A DNA stretch of 64,000 bases. Source: Octopus vulgaris. Lineage: Eukaryota. The notes beneath the pieces are model-generated. The model ran no database searches and was not told the origin of the DNA. It was given only the letters and a program-made list of their open reading frames with translations. The position numbers were made by a program, and so were the translations under genes. The stretch spans positions 72,602,001-72,666,000 of the forward strand of contig OX597823.1 in NCBI GenBank assembly GCA_951406725.2, read 5' to 3'. Of the stretch, positions 11,057 through 24,845 are shown in pieces (the stretch's first letter is position 1; each line of letters opens with the position of its first letter).

Positions 11057-14000
11057 ATTTGTCGATTCGATGATCCGAACTTTTGTATTGAACACCCTGA
11101 CATACGATAAATTAGATCTGTGAAAGAATGAACAAACCCAGTGTCATGGGCCATCAAACAATGTATAAGTATGTAGGTGCATACATATGTATGTGTGTGG
11201 TCAGTGTTATGCTCGGATTTCACTTACACGAGACACAGAAGACAGAGAAAGGACTGTGAAAATTTTTGTTATAAAACATTGTGTTTACTACTTCAGTTAG
11301 AATGAATGTATTATATTAGATGGTGTAATGAATCATGGCTCAGAATATAACGTTTGTAGTTTTTCAAACGATATGTATAAGTATATTTCGCAAACTATTC
11401 ATGTATCACTGCGGAAACCGGTAACTCAATGTGTTCAAGCAAAACATTTGATACACCTTATGCCTGATTTGTTAAGACAATCTGTTGTGATTATCCTCAA
11501 CAGTAATGTAATAAACTCATTATATAAACACACACTCACACTCACACACTCGGGCACACCCACACATACTCCGACACACACACGCACACACATGCACAAA
11601 AACTCAAAAACACACATTCATACTCACACGCACATACACACACAGATGCATAGAGAGATTGCACTTTCAGATATTACTTGTTGCTGTTATACGCAGATGA
11701 TCCAGTTTGAAATGTTGAAACTCGAAATATGAAGCCGAGATTAATTCAATACTTATGTAACACTTTCAAAACAGTTCTTTCTCACAAAATATCAATAGAA
11801 TTGCCGCATTATTTTTGTTGAAATTGTAACTAACCAATATTTGCGAAAATTTTGAAAGATAGAAGTAATAACTTTGTAGAGTAACTATGAAAAACTATCC
11901 ATTAATATTTGATAAAATTTGATACCCAATGTTCATTAAATGCACAACTCCTAGAATATATGATATCTATTTACGCTTAATTTTGTATAAGTGTATAAAA
12001 CATTATTGAAGAACAAACATGTATTTGAATGCAATCGGAACAACAAATTAATGAAAATGAAACAATAGGTTTCCGTTGTAAAGAAGGACATTCAGAAATA
12101 ATCAAGAGAATATTTACACAATGAACACGCGCGTTTGCGTGCACACACATAATCATGCATATGTATCTGTATGTGTGTGTGTGTGTGTGTGTATAAACAA
12201 ATATGTATGTATATATGTAGTCATGTAATTGAATATTGCCTCAACGGAAACTGAACTTGAGCTTAACAACAATCATTAGGAACGCGGTTTAATATTGCAA
12301 GTTAATAAAATAAATGGATAAAAAAAATTATATACTAATCAACGGATATTGATACATGGTTCATCCGAATGATTGAAATTGAAGCAAACATATCAGGAAG
12401 AAAGCAGATAATGTTGAAATGGCCTCAGTGAATTTTTCTTCCTCGGTACAAATAAAAGAGAAACAAACTGTTGAGTTCATTATTCGAGAAAAAAGATAGA
12501 ACTATCTTATTTTGAAAGTTAATTAGAAAAGATATCATGTTTCCAAGATAATTAGAATTACAAATAAATTAAAAATATAATTATGCAAATATATTAAATA
12601 CCATCTGCACACGATGTGTTTCATAAAAATCTATCGGTAATTTTCATCTTAATTAGAAATGTAGTTTAAATAAGGTTATTATTATAGTTTAGCATTTCTC
12701 TCCCACTAACATCTATCTTAATGTCTTCCGTTTACAAAAGGACAGATTTTCAAAAAGATAACACTTTCAGGTTCTTAAATGGAAAAAGAGAGTGGCAATT
12801 TGATAGTATCATTGAACATCGAACTCGCACGCTACCGATATTAGATTTGTAGCTGTGCAATCTCATACGACATCACCGACACATTGTCATTACACGTTCA
12901 AAGAAACACTGTCTTTTGTACCACGCAATTCACTCGATATATTTACTCAGCTGCAATTTTATTTGCAGTAGAATATATATAACCAACCCATCCTATAAAT
13001 AAATGTATCCAAGCAGAATTATTTAACTAACATTCTTACGTCAGTAAAGACATATATCTTTGCATCAAATCTTTAGAATAATTGATTATCTCTACTGAAT
13101 TCGGAAATGGAAAATATTTTAGTTTTTTTTTATTACGGAGACCAATATAATGCAGACACCAAAATTTGTGAATCATATAGGGCTGGTATCATCTCAGAAA
13201 AGCAAAGGATTCTTTTGTGTTATGCATTCACTAACCTTTTACTCGTGCGCGATCGAGTTGTCATACTCAAAATTAGAGTTTAGTGTATGACAACTCGATA
13301 TTGTATGAATGCAGTCTTCAATGAATTTGCAGAATTCTCATATGCATACATCTACGAAGAATATTGCTATATAAAGAACATTTCCGAGAAGGCAACTTCA
13401 AAATATCCTGTTTGGTTACCTATTCCACAACATAAATAAATCTAAATATATTTTCCGAAATCATATGATCTACAGGTAAATTCCCACTTTGGAATTTCCG
13501 ACCGCTTAGGACGACAAGGTTGCGTACTGCAAACATATCCTTTATATTACTTACAAGCAGTTTGCTGCTAAGCAGTATTTCATCCTCAACAAAATACTGA
13601 AATTATTCTTTTGTTATTGAAATCAATCTCCCAGGTGCATTTCAAAGAAGATAAATCTTTCTGAGCCTCCAAATTGTTGACCTATTATTTTCATTTCCAG
13701 TATCTATAACTCGGTAAATTGTCACTTTGTATACCACATTAAGTAGTGTCTCCTGCACAATAAACGAGAGGTATTTAGCGTTAGATCTACTGGGGATACA
13801 TTCCTCCCTGTCGCATTCACCATTAATTTTTTTTCCGTGAAGTCAATGTCTCTCATTCTGTTATGAACGAAATATTTGATTGCTTTTGGCCAAGTGAGGG
13901 CTTCATGTATCTCGTACTTTTATCATGGGTTTCACCTGCCGATATTCTATCTACTATGGTTTGCCGTAAATTTCGCTTATATCTCCTATATATTTTTTTC

Positions 14001-16562
14001 TGCATATTGATGGCTTATGCAGAATCTGTTCATATGTGCCTAACATCTTATACATGTGGGTCACGCTTATGCTTCCTAGTTTCCAGAAGTGAACACAAAA
14101 ATATTTGGTTCTAAAGAAAGAAATATTGCACAGCTTGTTAGAAACGTACATAAAACCCACAACGGCACAACACAAACGAGGCTACTCAATCTCTGTTGAT
14201 CTTTTCTGACAACACCGGTTATATGGCATAAATAAAAATGGATTCTTCTCTGAATATGCTATTTACGTAATACATCCGCTAAGGCCAATCCAACACTCAC
14301 CTCTTATCTGTCTACTCTCTCAAACAGATGTCATATAAAAAGGGGAGAATTTCTCTGATGATGAAGTATGACAGGGTCAGAATATTCACCTATTAGAACG
14401 CATTAGAAATGAAGAGATACGTAATTTTTGGGTCCTTCCTCTTCTGCGTTCACCTCGTGAATTAATTCAAATTGGCGGACATAAGCACGTTTCAACAAAA
14501 GAACCAGTAGTTTTGTTAGGTGATTAATCAGGGTAAGATTCGATTAAGAGGTCACACAATAAAGTCTGAATACGGTTGTATCTTCCAATTCCCTTACATC
14601 AATGAATCGCATGTACAAGGAGGAGATATTTTCTGGTTATGACCTACAATAGTAATCAGCATATGCACTTTCGAATGTCTTAGAAAACATTAGAAATAAA
14701 AAGATAAGTTCTGCGTACTCATAAATTATTAGAGCAGCGATATACCAAATAAATCGTTTATCTCTGTAACAAGGATTGGTAATACTGTTTAGTATTTAGA
14801 TAAATGTTATTAATATTTTTTTATCGAACCATCTGTCTATCTATCTATCTATCTATCTATTTATCTATCTATTTATTTATCTATCTATCTGTCTAATAAC
14901 CTAGATCTGGGCTTTAGCGATTTAAAGTAAAAAAGTGGAAATAATGAAATAGTGTTAACAATCAAATAAATAAATGGGGAAATGGGAAATGGGAAATGAG
15001 AAGTACATGTATCTGGAGAGATAAGAATGGAAAAATAAGAGAACAAAGAAAAGAAAGCGGAAATGATGAGTGAAAGAAAGGAGTATAGGAAGCATGGAAG
15101 AAGAAAATAGGAAAATATGACGAGAAAAATATTATTTATTATAAGCTAGGAGGTTGTCGATCAATAGTGCAAATATGGATATGATTTGAAATTTGGAACA
15201 GAAAATGTTGAAAGGAAATCTATTTTTTCGGGGTGGAGGATACGCTGTTTACAATTGAGATTAAGTGTATCAATATATTCGTTTTATAAATTCTACTGAA
15301 GTTATACGTGGAGTTACTTTCCTTCACATATAACTTCCTGTGAGCACATATAGATCGCAAAATAAGCTTAAATATGAAAGCATGCATACACAAACACATT
15401 ATATATGCATATCTATTCTTATAAATGTCCCTAAACATATATGCTTGCACACTTATACATGCACATATATAGTATGAAGGCAAATTAACTGCAGTTACTA
15501 TGGGAGAAAATTCCCTCTTATGGTTAAAGGTATAAAAATATTATATCCGCCCATTGCTGTTTCCTGCCGTATTCCCAGACGCATTTGTAGCTTCTTGGCT
15601 GTTATCAATAAGAAATACTGAAAGTATATATCCCTGGAGAGATTTTAAAGCCGTAACTAAAACACAGTCAACCACACTGACTGAGTTTCACTATTAGATC
15701 GCCAGCTCGGAGGAAGTTCAATATTATCAGTGCCGTGTAGTGTTTATTTCAGTTTCTTCCCTACAACTTCTGTGGGGTAATACTGGACAGATATGGTGTT
15801 TTCACCACCCCGTACCATAAGTGAGAATTTTTCATGCATGATAATTGCAGTGGATTTGCATTTAGAAGTTGAAATATCATTGGCTATTGAGTTACACATG
15901 AACGTATTCTGATTTATTATTGAAAATGTGTAAATATATCGTCTTGGATATGCAATGTTTCGATTGAACGTTTATTCTGAATATGTTTATCTTCACGTGT
16001 TGAAAACAAATTATGTCAACATTTTAGAGCAACAATCCTGTCAAACGTATCGTGACACAAGCCTAAAATAATTTGAGTACTTGTATAATCTTCGTTTAAA
16101 CTCCGACCAGTCCCGCGTATGTGATGTTTACGTTACGCTGTTTAAGTTTACAGGGCTTTTTTTCCAACTGACATGCATTCGGATTACTTCATAAGAATGT
16201 CCCACCAACTTGCTGCTCATTTTGTGTGAATGTGTGTATGCGCGTTTGTGTGTGTGTGTGTGTGTGCGCGCGCGCATGCGTGCATGCATTACGTGAGGAA
16301 AATATACGTAGTGTCTGTTTTCAACAGTAATTTTCTCAAAACTTTTCTATAGCTCAAGTTGGAAGAGAAAAGTTAACAATTCGGATTGAATGTTTGAATA
16401 TCAGATACTAAATTAAAATTCATATCAAGTAAAAAGAGTTGTGTGAACCATATCTTATTCAGCAGTTTTTCTGTAAAAAACGTAAGTCATTTGTTACATT
16501 CCCGTTTGAATACGATAGTAATGGCATCATTTAATCTTTTCATCACCCTAAATCTCTCAAAT

Positions 16563-16923
16563 CATGTTTGAAATATTTCGATTTCAGAAAATATGCCGCT
16601 TTTCCCAGTTTCTCTGAAATCGTCATGTATAAGATACAATAACTCATGCAATTTGTGGGAGAGATTCTGCTAAAATATGGTATTAAGTAGGACGTAAGTG
16701 CCTCAATTCCGAATTCGGAAAACGTGACATATAAAATGCTAAAGCATGTTTAAAATATTTCGATTTCAGAAAATATGCCGCTTTTCCCAGTTTCTCCGAA
16801 ATCGTCATGTATAAGATACAATAACTCATGCAATTTGTGGGAGAGATTCTGCGAAAATATAGTATTAAGTAGGACGTAAGTGCCTCAATTCCGAATTCGG
16901 AAAACGTGGCATATAAAATGCTA
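16563..16923. repeat. Tandem duplication, 2 x 182 bp
   Basis: Copies start at 16563 and 16745 and differ by only a few substitutions. Confidence 0.95.
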
Positions 16924-17331
16924 TGTCCTCAGTTAAGTAGTATAAAAACATACGTATTGGTTTTGAATAACTTGAAGGTTTAATCTTTGATTTCTGTAAC
17001 TGCACCAATTTTATCAAGTAACATTTTCATTTCACATTGAATTCTTACATCTAGCATACATTTAAGCTTCACAACTATTGATCTATAAACTTTCCACTGT
17101 TGGATAATATCATCCGGCATTTTAAAACACGTATTGAGGCTATATAAAGTAATCGAAGTAATCGTTTGCATATCATCGAAGTTAGTGTCAATAGTGGGGT
17201 TTAAATATTTAACGCCATACACTCATTCTTCAACACACATTTTGAGAATACACACACGTATATATATATGATTCATGTGTTAAAAGGAAACAAATAAATG
17301 GTTTTCTAAAGATATTTTAAGATATGCTCAC

Positions 17332-17347
17332 CTCACTGTTTTAAGTC
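17332..17347 (-). other. Candidate 16-nt microexon of an unidentified gene
   Basis: Minus strand reads ttttctttcttttttcttttgcag | gacttaaaacagtgag | gtgagc: strong polypyrimidine acceptor and consensus donor. Confidence 0.45.
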
Positions 17348-17786
17348 CTGCAAAAGAAAAAAGAAAGAAAATATTTTAAATCTTTTACATAAATATATAA
17401 ATACACAAGAAACATGCGTATACAATTGTGTGTGAGAGAGAGAGTGTGTGTTTGCACTCGCGCGCTTGTGTAGGTGTTCTTGCGTGGGTGTGCGCGTGTG
17501 TGTGTGCGCGAGCGTGTTGATTTCACGTATAATTGTGTTTAAAAGGGATGAAGCATTAACCGAGAAAGTTCTCCCTACATATATGTAGGTCCTGTGTGTC
17601 AATGTTACATGGAAAAATTAGATTATGATATCAGATTTTGCCCAGTATCCCTGTGAGATATTTGGGTATCATTATGATGGTCATGTCTCAGTTATTATGT
17701 GTGAGGAGCACACTGAGTGCTACTTGGGCGGTATGTAAAATTTTACTAGGAGTTCGTGAGTGTTTGGGTTGATGAAATAGATGGCG

Positions 17787-18126
17787 GGAGGAGGAGAAAA
17801 AGAAGGAGAAGAAGAGGAAGAAGAAGAAGGAGAAGAAGAGGAAGAAGAAGAAGAAGAAGGAGAAGAAGAGGAAGAAGAAGAAGAAGAAAGGAGAAGAAGG
17901 AGAAGAAGGAGAAAAAGAAGAAGAAGAAGAAAAGAAGAAGAAGAACGAGGAGGATGTGGGGGTGCAGCAGCAGCAGAAGAAGAAGAAGAAGAAGAAGAAG
18001 AAGAAAGAGGAGGAGAAGAAGAAGAAGAAGAAGAAGAAGAAGAAGAAGAAAAGTGAGTAGGAAATGAGAAGAAGGAATAAGAAAAAGAAAAGTGAGTAGG
18101 AAATGAGAAGAAAGAATAAGAAAAAG
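17787..18126. repeat. (GAA/GGA)n polypurine microsatellite with a 39-bp tandem duplication at its end
   Basis: Direct inspection. Confidence 0.95.
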
Positions 18127-18386
18127 ACTGGAGTTGTATAACAGAAGTAGGCCGTTGCTAGAGTCTTCTTAAATGGTCAAGTGATGTATAAGTGAAAGAA
18201 GAAAAGAAGAAGAAGCTTTTGTAATATTTTGGAGTTCATACACATGGTACCTTTAAGAAATAAATTGATAGGGTAATTTGACAGACAATATACTATGCAT
18301 TTATTTATCCCTCCACCGCCTGACAACCTGTGTCGGTTTCTTTACACCCCTTTAATTGGCTATTCCCATGCTAAAAGCAGTGCAGT

Positions 18387-18440
<54 letters not shown>

Positions 18441-19461
18441 GTCCCTTCGGATGCATCGCGTATATATTACAAATATCGAAAGTGTGAAACTGTTTTCAAA
18501 ATAATATCTAAAAATGATAGATCATAATAATGGAATGACTGGTCGATTCTTTCCAAATGTAAATGTAACCGAATGGATTCTATTTCTGTACATTATCTAA
18601 AAAAAATATAGTCTAAAATGAGATTTGACTGCTTACACAGCTCAAAGCATACAACAGTAAGACAAGCACAACGATAATTATAATGATAATAGAAATAAGA
18701 ATATTAATATAAATAACTATACTGATAAAATAAATAATTCAAATATTGTTTCCTCTCTATTCTCATAATGCTTGAAATATATAGTCACTTATAATTTCCA
18801 AAACTTTATAACTTGATTATAGATTGTAAATAATATACAAGAATAATGAAAATCAGAATTTTGGAACATAATGATACATATTTATGAAAAAAATGTTTTA
18901 AAATCATATTATACATTCTAATAGAAGTAGTTTTTACTTTCAAGTTATATACTGTATGGAATGTAAATGGCGAAGAGACAGTACAATACATATTCAATAT
19001 TAAAAGTATAAATGTAGTATCGAATACTGACAAAAAATATGAATATATTAAATAAAACAATCTCTAAGATACATATATGTACACGGTTTGATTGAGTATA
19101 TGCATATAATTTTAGATATGACTGCATAGGAAAAGTTCAGCTATATTACAGAGAAAAAAAGTTTACGTATAGATTGCATTTGGCGAAATATACTTTCTAT
19201 AGAAATTTAATTAATAATTGAGAATGTATTGTACAAAATACACTCTAACCATTAATAAAAGGAAGATCAAAAAATAACCTTGTTGTCTCCAGCATTATCG
19301 TACGTCACGAGAAACACTGAGTTGCACAGGAGTGATACACCGAGCATTCATTATAAATTCAAACTTATCCAAATTTAAAATTGCGAAAACCAAAAATTTA
19401 TGTCTAACTGTTTATATGCTGGTATACACAAAAATAATGACATATGTATTCACATACCAAC

Positions 19462-19531
<70 letters not shown>

Positions 19532-19555
19532 TCATACACATACAAATATATGTGT

Positions 19556-19866
19556 GGAAGCGCAACGGCCCAGTGGTTTGGGCAGCGGACTCGCTGTCGA
19601 AGGATCGCGGTTTCGATTCCCAGACCGGGCGTTGTGAGTGTTTATTGAGCGAAAACAGCTAAAGCTCCCCGAGGTTCCGGCAGGGGGTGGTGGCGATCCC
19701 TGCTGTGCTCTTTCACCACAAATTTCTCTCACTCTTTCTTCTGTTGGCCTGCTCGCATAGCCAGCGGAGTGACGTCATTTGAAGGCTAAAGCAATGCGAA
19801 GCGCATTGTGACCAGCGATGTGTAGCAACATCTGATAGCCTGGTCGGTCACGGTGATCACGGTGAT
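19556..19866 (+). mobile_element. tRNA-derived SINE family D
   Basis: A box ggcccagtggtt, B box ggtttcgattccc and 3' short tandem repeat cacggtgat x2; flanked by (CA)n and (TA)n. Confidence 0.82.
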
Positions 19867-20039
19867 ATATATATGTATACGTGCAAATACATACACAACC
19901 GTATACATAAAGAGAGAAAGAGAGATATGTAGCCATGCGTCATATATGTATGTGTGTGTGTTTGAAGTACATATTTGTATGTATAATAGTTGCATATAAA
20001 TATGTACACATGTGTATACATTGAAACAACTACACGCAG

Positions 20040-20093
<54 letters not shown>

Positions 20094-20314
20094 GCGTATA
20101 TGCATGCATGCCTTAGTTCAAACTTTCATATGGTAGTCTCCTTGGATATGAGCACAGATTATTAATAGTGGACATAAGTTTCGAGTACCATACGTGGATC
20201 ATTTGTGAGCATTTCTGTCTGAACAAATGTGCGTTACAGTTTTGTGGCTTTAACATACACAGTGGACCTAAATTGTTATTAATAGAAATATGGTTTTGAT
20301 TAAGGCGTGTTTTG

Positions 20315-20711
20315 TTTACTCATTTTTACTCTTTTACTTGTTTCATTTATTTGACTGCTTCCATGCTGGAGCACCGTTTTTAGTCGAGTAAATCTACCAC
20401 AGGACTTATTCTTTGTAAACCTAGTTCTTATTCTATCGGTCTCTTTAGCCGAAGTTACGGGGACGTAAACATACCACCATCTGTTGTCAAGCGGTGCTGG
20501 GGTGGTGAGACAAACACAGATACACATACATATTTATATATATATATATACATATACACGAGAGTCTTCCTTCAGTTTCTGTCTACCAAATCCTCTCACA
20601 AGGCTTTGGTCGGTCCGAGGCTTAAGTAGAAGACAGTTGTACAAGGTGCCACGTAGTGGGAATGAGCCCGGAACCGTGTTGTTGGTAAGCAAGCTACTTA
20701 CCATACAGCCA
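20315..20711 (-). mobile_element. SINE family A, diverged
   Basis: Reverse-complement similarity to family A along its length. Confidence 0.88.
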
Positions 20712-20759
20712 GAAATTCGTCATTAATAAGATAAAATTTAAGAATTTGTATGGTTTCAA

Positions 20760-21480
20760 ACTAAAGCATGTCTAAACATGAAGCAAGAGTTATAAATATA
20801 ATGTCAATGGTATGCGTTGAATAAAAACTCATAATTCCGTTAAAATATGGCTTTGCTTTTCAATATAATATTAATTTCAATAAAGAATCTCATAGGGAAA
20901 TGGTTATTTGGTGATAGTAAGTTAAAAAAATACCCAATATACTAAATCTGATCCATTTTCAATAAAAGATTCTGTTAAGATCTTGGAAAAAGGTTTCCTG
21001 TATAAACGATAATATTAGTTCATTTGAAGGAATATTTCAATTAATTTATTTTGATATTTTACATTTGCCTTAAGTTTTTTCCACTTGGTTCATGTATCGA
21101 TTACCTTCATATATATTTTAGATTGCAGATTTCAATCCTTTCTTCTTTTTACTCTACAGAAATATCTTCTGATTCACTTCTGAAAGTTTAAATGATACCT
21201 TACCATTATCCTTCCAACTCTCATACACCTACTCTTTATCCTCAACATACCCTGATCTCTCTTTAATTCACGATATCTGTCCTATCCTCACGGTTGACTG
21301 CTTCCTTAGATTATTTTTAAATATTCCCGTCGATTTATTTGAATATATATAAAAGAGATACAACTGTATATTTAGGATTTGAATTAGAAGAACCAATATC
21401 TGATTATTGAAAAACATAAATCTATAAAATATTTTAACTTTCACGTAATATGAGATTTCAATCAAATTTTACATGTAAGG
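20760..21480 (-). mobile_element. Possible Penelope-like RT relic
   Basis: Minus-strand RYMNQ (~RYVDD) followed by LYRKPF (~VYRKPT); very decayed. Confidence 0.3.
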
Positions 21481-21612
21481 CTGTAATTATTTTAAAAAGT
21501 GTTGATTTCGTTATATGTGTTATAATACTACGTATATTTAACAAATCGTTTAAGTGAAGTGTTACGGAAGTGAATTAAAACCAAAGAATAGCCTACATTA
21601 TTCATTAACGTT

Positions 21613-21697
21613 GAGGTTAAGAGCGCGCACTACTAACCACAAGGTTCCGAGTTCGATTCCAGGCAGTGACCTAAATAATAACAACAACAACAACAAC

Positions 21698-21729
<32 letters not shown>

Positions 21730-21760
21730 TAACAATAACAATAATAATAATAACAATAAC

Positions 21761-21810
<50 letters not shown>

Positions 21811-21819
21811 TAATAATAA

Positions 21820-21904
<85 letters not shown>

Positions 21905-21915
21905 TACTAATAATA
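21613..21915 (+). repeat. tRNA-like SINE head followed by a long (AAT)n microsatellite
   Basis: gttaagagcgcgcactactaaccacaaggttccgagttcgattcc (B box), then (AAT/AAC)n at 21675-21915. Confidence 0.75.
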
Positions 21916-21917
21916 CC

Positions 21918-22855
21918 GTGTATACTTTCAATGCTGATATCAGAAAGGAGTTCGGACTGAGAAAATGTGGTATGTTAGTCTTGAACAGAAGCAAAATCAA
22001 ATGTATGGACGGACTATCGATACCTTCGGGAGAGGATATGAAGCAGATAGAAGAGGCGGGTTATAAGTACTTGGGGATTTGGGAAATGAATAAATTAGAG
22101 AAGGAAATTACAGAAAAATTTAAGGTGGACTACATGAGGCAGACAGGGACTTATCCCTAAGACGAAATCAAACAGACAGAATAAGATTGAAGCTATCAAC
22201 ACCTGGGCGGTTTTACTCCTTAAACATGGAGCAGAGCTAATCGCATGGTTAGTAGACAAACTAAAGGGCTTATTGACAAAGACAACGAAGTAGCGAACTA
22301 GATATGGGATACTCCACCCAAAAAGTGACACAGGCAGATTATATGTACAAAGAAAAAAGGAGAAGAGGACTTATTGGACGCGAACACAGCATTGGTGCCG
22401 ATGAAAACAACACAGTATTGTATGTAAAAATGCTACATAACCTCAATTATTGGAAGTAAGAACGTCAGGCTTGTGTAGGTTGAAAGATTACAAAGATAAA
22501 TCATTGTACAATCAATTGAAAACGTATGAAAATGAAAATAGATGGGTAAAGAAAAGTATGTATGGACAATTCCATAGGGATGTTGATGATCAGACAGACA
22601 GAGAAAAAAAGTGGCTGTGGATGACTAAAAGTGATTTAAAACCAGAAACAGTGGCTCTAAGCTGTGCTTCTGAAGAGCAAGCACTAAGGACAAACTACAT
22701 AAAATACAGGGTAGACAACACATCAAAAAATTGATAAGTGCAGAATCTATGGACAAAATTGTGAAACCGTATGGCATATTACCAGCCAATGTACGCCACT
22801 AGTCCAGAAGGAATATAAGAAACGCCACGACATTATAGCAAGGCTTGTCTATTGG
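21918..22855 (+). mobile_element. R4/Dong-clade non-LTR retrotransposon fragment
   Basis: DIRKEFGLRKC...YKYLG, W..KSMYGQF, SDLKPET...EQALRTNY and zinc knuckle CRI...ETVWHITSQC...YKKRHD. Confidence 0.85.
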
Positions 22856-23780
22856 GTCCCAAAGCAGTATTCTGTGGACCATCACTCATTATTTGTGTTT
22901 CCTTAGCCACTACTACCTGGCTTCTATCTTTTAGAAAGTTATCTAACTATTCTCTAAGTTTTCCAACTATGCCAACATCATGTAGCATTTATATCACGTC
23001 CACGTTTGAGTTGTTGAGCAACTGATTTTACAGCCAGTCGCTCTGCTACAAGAGCTCCGTTAGGCAGCTTCTACAAGATCGGAAACTAAGCTGGATGTCA
23101 GTCAGCAAGTTACTCTCTTCAATCAATGCTATTAATTTCCTTCGAACTATTCATTCGTTGACTTGGCGGATGTGTGAAGTCAGAGAGATAGGCTTATAGT
23201 TTCTAGCATCTGCTCTGCTTCCTCCTTTGTGAACAGGTCATGCTATTCTCCTCAGTTTGTTTGGGAGCTTTCCATCTGCCATGAGCCACTGGAAAAGAAG
23301 CTGCAGTGGTTCTGCTAGGACTCCTTTGGATGACTTGAGAAGGATTGCTAGGAATCTATTGGGACCAACACTTTAGTTTGCATGTACATCAACTATCGTC
23401 AGTATTACATCCTCTTCTTTGATGTTGATGCAATAAATTGTTACTGCGTTCCGTTCATCTTCTGTAGTGGCAAATAATTCTACCTGTTTGTTAACTTGCA
23501 TGTGCCGTAAGACTGTAGTGAAGACATTTTTGAATTCTTCATTCAATGTTTCACTTACACTCGTGAGGGAGCCATTTTTTAAGGAGGAATCTCCCTACCT
23601 GTTAATGCACGGAGGCAGTCTCCTTGGCGTACCTAAAGACGGCTTTAAATTCTGTTCTTTCCTTCTCATGGGAGCGCTTCAGTTGCTTCTCAATCTCAAG
23701 CAGTGCCGTTTGCAGGTGGGATGTTCACTGCCGCTGCGTTCTGTGTTAAGGCGGTTTACAATCTTTGTACGCCGTCTCAT
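22854..23780 (-). mobile_element. CR1-clade LINE RT fragment
   Basis: Minus-strand GPNRF.AILLK..VLAEPLQLLF, PVHKGGSRADARNYKPISLTSH, RSCLTELL, FLKDRSQVV and PQNTALGP. Confidence 0.82.
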
Positions 23781-23876
23781 ATGAAATTTTCTCTGGAAAA
23801 TTTTGCGTTATGTGCAATGGACCCCCTCTTCGAGACAAAAATGTAGCATACAGCTCGCATTACGGGCATGAAAGAT

Positions 23877-23919
<43 letters not shown>

Positions 23920-24776
23920 AAGACACACACACACAGACACATGTATATATGTATACACACACATATATGTAAATGTATATTCATACATATATGTATATGC
24001 ATATGTAATTGTGTGCGCGTGCGAGCGTGTCTGTCTATATTTTTCTCTTAGTAGCCTACGAAATCTAATTTATCTTCTGCGAGGAGACGATAATAACGGT
24101 ATAGATTCAACGTTGCTATTCTCTTTCCTTGCATCATTTCTATATTCAAATTTAGTGCTTTGAAATAAATTACTAGAGTATTATGTATAATTTAGTGTTT
24201 CATATATCCTGAATAATGTAGTGTTCTAAACAAATATAGTTTATTCACTTTAATATATGTCAGTCAGATCGTCTACTGATACGATATCTTAATAACCGAC
24301 GGCAACATAAAACGATTTAAATTTCAAGTTATGTAGTATTGTTTATTGTATGCAGCACACTTCTATATCGTACGAGGATTCAAGTCATTTCTAATCTTTT
24401 ACCTGGTATGTATACCGGAGTAGTACATCGAGATTTCATTTCTGATTATATGTGTTTACAACGTTAAAAATCAATACATCATATACATTTAAATATACTT
24501 TATTAAAAGCTATGGATCTAAATGCCCATATATCTAAATGCTCATTCCCATTATTTAAAATATTTAATATGCTTAAATAAACATAAGTCTCTATTTAACG
24601 CTTCAATTATTATCTGAAATGCGAAAGGTCATTGTAATTATTGTGTAGAATTAATTCTAGCTTACTACCACTACTTGGCAATTATCGTTGATAATTATGC
24701 ATCGGAGTTCCTGCAGAAACGATTATCGTGTCAAGTAAACAGTGATACAAACGTACATACATACATACATACATAC

Positions 24777-24845
<69 letters not shown>

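Noticed and set aside
13600-14700. Possible ancient LINE RT on the minus strand (ILPFLYDIC, FIYA, YKMLG)
   Set aside because: Motifs too degenerate to support a call without a profile search.
17756-18067. Arg-rich protamine-like and poly-Glu ORFs
   Set aside because: Readouts of a (GAA/GGA)n tract; a similar tract recurs at 59520.
21613-21674. tRNA gene
   Set aside because: No acceptor stem or full cloverleaf; it runs into a microsatellite, like the other SINE heads.
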